This document shows positions 60,175 to 64,000 of a stretch of 64,000 nt of DNA, piece by piece. The notes beneath the pieces are model-generated. The model saw nothing but the letters and a program-made list of their open reading frames with translations. It made no database searches and was not told the DNA's origin. A program made the translations under genes and the position numbers. The stretch comes from Cladosporium halotolerans (taxonomy: Eukaryota): positions 1 through 64,000 of the forward strand of contig NW_027191504.1 of the NCBI RefSeq assembly GCF_011745625.1, written 5' to 3'. Numbering within the stretch: the first letter of the stretch is position 1; each line of letters begins with the position of its first letter.

Positions 60175-60998
60175 TGCGGCGCCGCGGTGAAGCCAGCGGA
60201 TGTCCGAGGATGGTGTCGGCGAAGCAGGGCGGGCGCGCCAACGCCGGGGAGCAGCCGGTTCAATTGGCACAATTCGCGGGAGGGTTTCAGGTCATAATCG
60301 AGTGGGTGATCGCGCGCGCAGGGTGTGCCAGGCAAGTGTGAGTCGTCGTAGAGGGTGCGCAAGGCCCGGTGAGTAGGCGGTGATGCCCCGCGTGCCCGCG
60401 ACGGTTACCCACTTGAGGTGGGCTGGGCTGGGTGAGGCCCGACTGAGACGCCGAGCGGAGGTGGGCGCGAGCTGCGAACGGCGATGCAGCGGCGGCAGCA
60501 CGGCGGCAATGGCGCGGGCGGGGAGATCAATAGGGCAACAGTGAGCAGTGGTATCGCTTTACGAGGGTGTGAGGTGTCTAGAGGGCGCGCGTGCTGCGGC
60601 GAGCGAGGTATGAGACAGACAGCAGCAGATCGCGCATTCCACCTGAGCCGCAGGCAAGCACCGGCAGCTGCTGCTTTGGCTTTGGCTCTGCCTGCTGCGG
60701 CGGCAAGCTCGGGACAGCCGACAGCCCCTGCCCAGTGCGTGCCTCAGTCATCAACTGCTCCGCACTTCGTCACGTGCGTCTGACGCGCTCCTTGCGGCTG
60801 GCATGCCTTGCTGCCTCATTGCTGCCTGACCGCAGCGCCGCAACGGCGACGACGCCGGCCCGTTGACGATCTGGCAGCACGTGCGCAGCTTCAGCGACTG
60901 CATGCGATCTCGTAATCTACCGTAGCCCACCACGCCCGCTCGCTATACCACACACAATCAACCACCCGCAATACCCCTCGAACAACACTAGCCAAGCT

Positions 60999-61498
60999 AT
61001 GAGCCGCAATTCCAGGCTTGCCCCAGAAGTGAACAGGCGAGTCCGCTCCCTCGTGTCATGCGACACCACCGGAACCTCCACCGACTAACAACCCACCAGA
61101 GCGCTCTTTGTCAAGAACCTCAGCTACACCGTCAGCACCGAAGAGCTCTTCGACCTCTTCGGCAAATTCGGTTCCATCAGGCACGCAAACCCCACACGCA
61201 ACACCTCCCGGCGCATCCGTCCCACTAACACCCCACTAGGCAGATCCGCCAGGGCATCGCGAACAACACCAAGGGCTCCGCGTACGTCGTCTATGAGGAC
61301 GTGAACGACGCCAAGAGCGCCTGCGACCGTCTGAACGGCTTCAACTTCCAGTCGCGCTACCTCGTCGTCCTCTACCACCAGCCCGAGAGGATGTCAAAAG
61401 CAGCCGCCGCGGCCGCGGCCGCCGCCTCCTCGTCAACAGATCTCGCCGAGCGCTCGGAGCACTTAGAAAAGCTCAAACAGGAGCATGGGGTCGCCTAG
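60999..61498 (+). CDS. SF3B6: Pre-mRNA branch-site protein p14 (SF3b14/SF3B6), RRM; exons 60999-61036, 61100-61180, 61240-61498
   Basis: Spliced product [87 protein letters not shown] matches the p14 family signature. The ORF track shows only the last part. Confidence 0.95.
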
Positions 61499-62354
61499 CG
61501 GTGCGCGGGAGCCGGCAGCAACAGCGAGGTTGGCATCAAGCGGAAGGACTCTGGCATCAGCGGCGCTGATAGCGAGGGCTCCGCTGCGGCTCCCATTGCG
61601 ATCAAGGATTTTGGCGAGAAAGTTGGAACCGGAGGCGGCGGCGGCAGCGTCACGACTACGGTCGTCGCGCCGGAAGGGAATGTTACGATATCGGCCCTCC
61701 CCAGGGACGGGCATATGAGTTATTGGAGGCGCGTCAAGGACAAGGCGTTCGGGAAAGTCCACGTTCGCTGTGGCAGGGCTTGAGGTTCAAGTGGCGTTCT
61801 TTGATTGATAATTTCGGCCATTCGGCTGGGTTTTCCTTTCTGCGGGTTGGAGAAGTCTATATCCCTCGCAACAACAATTCAGTTTTCGCTCTCGCGATTG
61901 CGTTGCGATTGCAAAGTTTGTTCATGGTGTTCTCCTATTGCAATCTCTTCATTTGCAATGGCTTGACATTGATTGAAGTCTGATAATATGCCCACAATCT
62001 CCGAGCAGGGTCCAGGGCTTAGAAGTGGGACATAAGCCTTCATGTTTCCCCCCCTTGCAGTAATTGATTACCCCAGTGACCCTAGATGGAGCTCGTTGTG
62101 GGCACCCTACTCCATACTATTGTAATGAGGTGCTTGAACAGCATTGTTCTCACTCTCGTGGATGTAAGGTCTGTGGACGTCCATCCGATGATACGCAATT
62201 GAGCAGAGCTGACAGAAAGCTTGATCAGTGGTTCAGACACAGAGCGGGCTGCTAGAGTCATTACAGCTTCGTATCCCATCTTGCATTCATGGACAATTCC
62301 TAATCGTGCTAATCTCTATCCACAGTATGCACAGTAAGCACAGCATATTCCCAT

Positions 62355-63368
62355 CTACGCCTTATCAGCCGGATACCTCACACCACCCTGCCTCCTCAAA
62401 TCACTCGTTACACCAATAACAATCTTCGAAATCCTCTCTAAATCCTCCGCAGCCTTAACATCCTTCTCGCCCACAATCCGCGCAAACTCCTCCGCCTCCT
62501 CCTCCATATTCACCTGCGCCTTCTCGTCCCTCAGCGGCCCCGCCAGCTCCTCGCTCTTCTTCGTCCTAGGGTCCCAGTGCACCACGCTCTTAATATCCGT
62601 CGTCGCATTCACACTGATCGTACCCTTCTCGCCGTACACCTCGCACGGCGCGAAGCTCTGGTAGCCCTTGGACTGGTTGATCTGCACGCCGAAGCCGTCG
62701 TACTGCAGCAGCACGACGCCGCCGCCGTCGACGCCCGTCGCGCAGATGAAGGGCACGTACGACTGCGCTTTGGGCGCGCCGAAGAGCGCCACCGCGAACG
62801 TGATCGGGTACACGCCGATGTCGACCAGGCTGCCGCCGCTGAAGTCGAGCGAGAAGATGTTCGGCACCTCGCCCGCGAGCACGTTGTTGTAGCGCGAGCT
62901 GTAGGAGGCGTACGTCAGGCTGGCGCCGTAGATGGGGCCCAGGCGCTGCTGGTCGACGATCAGGCTGCGGAGGAGCTTGTAGTTCGCTTCCTGAATGTGC
63001 CGGAAGGCTTCGATGAGGAAGACGTTGTGCTGCTTCGCGGTCTGGAACAGGTCGTCGAGCTCCGCGGGCGTCGACGTCGCGGGCTTCTCGAGGATGACGT
63101 GCTTGCCGGCTTGCAGGAGCTGTTTGGCGTGCGCGTGGTGGTGGGAGTTCGGGGAGGCGATGTAGACTGCTTGCATGTCCTTGTCGGCAGCGAGGCCGTC
63201 GAGCGAGGTGTACAGGTTCTTGCAGCCGAATTTGGCGCCGAAGGCTTCAGCTTGCTCTTGTTTGCGCGAGTAGACGGCGTGTAGCTGCCATTGGCCTTTC
63301 TTGGAGGCGGCTTTGATGAAGGCCTCGGTGATCCAGCCGGTGCCAATTGTGCCGAAGGTGATCGCCAT
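62355..63368 (-). CDS. Gfo/Idh/MocA family NAD(P)-dependent oxidoreductase, YgjR-like, intronless
   Basis: FGTIGTGWIT, AVYIASPNSHH, HVILEKP, YSSRY...PNIF...GGSLVDIGVY and C-terminal LRRQGGVRYPAD. Confidence 0.92.
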   Translation of the reverse strand: MAITFGTIGTGWITEAFIKAASKKGQWQLHAVYSRKQEQAEAFGAKFGCKNLYTSLDGLAADKDMQAVYIASPNSHHHAHAKQLLQAGKHVILEKPATSTPAELDDLFQTAKQHNVFLIEAFRHIQEANYKLLRSLIVDQQRLGPIYGASLTYASYSSRYNNVLAGEVPNIFSLDFSGGSLVDIGVYPITFAVALFGAPKAQSYVPFICATGVDGGGVVLLQYDGFGVQINQSKGYQSFAPCEVYGEKGTISVNATTDIKSVVHWDPRTKKSEELAGPLRDEKAQVNMEEEAEEFARIVGEKDVKAAEDLERISKIVIGVTSDLRRQGGVRYPADKA

Positions 63369-64000
63369 GTTTGTAAGTGTTTGAGGGGTGCCGGGAGAGT
63401 CGATGAAGAAGATTGACTATGGAGTGTAGGTACTGGAGGGTAAGAAGGATCAGAGAAAATAGATTTGTATGTACAGGTTCACAAGAAAGCCAAAGTGTCG
63501 TCAAAGGCGTGTGGACCTTCCTCCACAACAGCAGTTGAGACTCACAAAAGTTGAAGGAAGTGGGGGGCGATGACGGAGCGCGGGGCGCCAGCTCCAAAGC
63601 TCCAGGTCAAACAGTCGACATCATTTGCAACGGAAACATTCAACTAGTGGTCGATTCGGAGTGGACTTGCGTGTTCTCTTTGTTGTTTTTGAAGACAGCC
63701 ACTGATAGTGCAAATCTAAATTTGTGATTGACTTTGTGCCAGACATCACTCTGTTCGTCTTCGTTGATATCCTCTTTTGTTGAAAGCCGCAGCCTCAATA
63801 TCAACAACTCCCTTCCCTTCGACTCATTGGACAGCCACAAGACGACATTGGGAGCGAATCGCATGCGAAATGCGCCCAGGTATACCTGCATGATCTATAC
63901 ACACAAAGCACATTGTCAAACGCATCCATAACTACCGTGAAAGATTCGAAGCAGAAGCCCAGTAAATGGCCTTAAGATTGTAAGGGTTAGGGTTGGGGCA

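Noticed and set aside
63984..63998. GGGTTAGGGTT telomere-like sequence at the window end
   Set aside because: Fewer than two full TTAGGG units; compatible with chance.
1..64000. Transposons, RIP-degraded repeats, CRISPR arrays, tRNA/rRNA genes, secondary-metabolite backbone genes
   Set aside because: No transposase or RT motifs, terminal repeats, AT-rich RIP blocks, spaced repeats, cloverleafs or PKS/NRPS were seen; the P450 appears to stand alone.

Overview
Gene-dense, intron-containing, GC-rich eukaryotic DNA from a filamentous ascomycete (probably a Dothideomycete, inferred from gene content, short introns and CTAAC/CTGAC branch sites). I reconstructed about 21 protein genes by hand: a calpain-like protease (runs off the left edge), a MIT-domain protein, a cytochrome P450, a CAK-like kinase, proteasome beta5 (PRE2), SKN7, a Prx5-type peroxiredoxin, SYP1, a small HSP, a kynureninase/IDO/Zn2Cys6 trio, ATG101, HSF1, a Myb-like protein, CNS1, a hypothetical protein, RQC2, JHD1, spliceosomal p14 (SF3B6) and a YgjR-like Gfo/Idh/MocA oxidoreductase. 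No tRNA, rRNA, CRISPR or transposon was recognised. Main observations: (1) both introns of the U2 snRNP p14 gene need non-canonical GC donors; (2) a compact tryptophan-catabolic module whose divergent promoter is rich in TCCG half-sites; (3) about a dozen sharp C/A-rich to G/T-rich skew flips that ignore gene orientation and alter protein sequence; (4) a KIX-like domain fused to the CAK-like kinase, found only through a GC-AG intron; (5) several stop-free 3n introns; (6) a concentration of proteostasis and stress genes. Family assignments come from motif recognition, not database searches.
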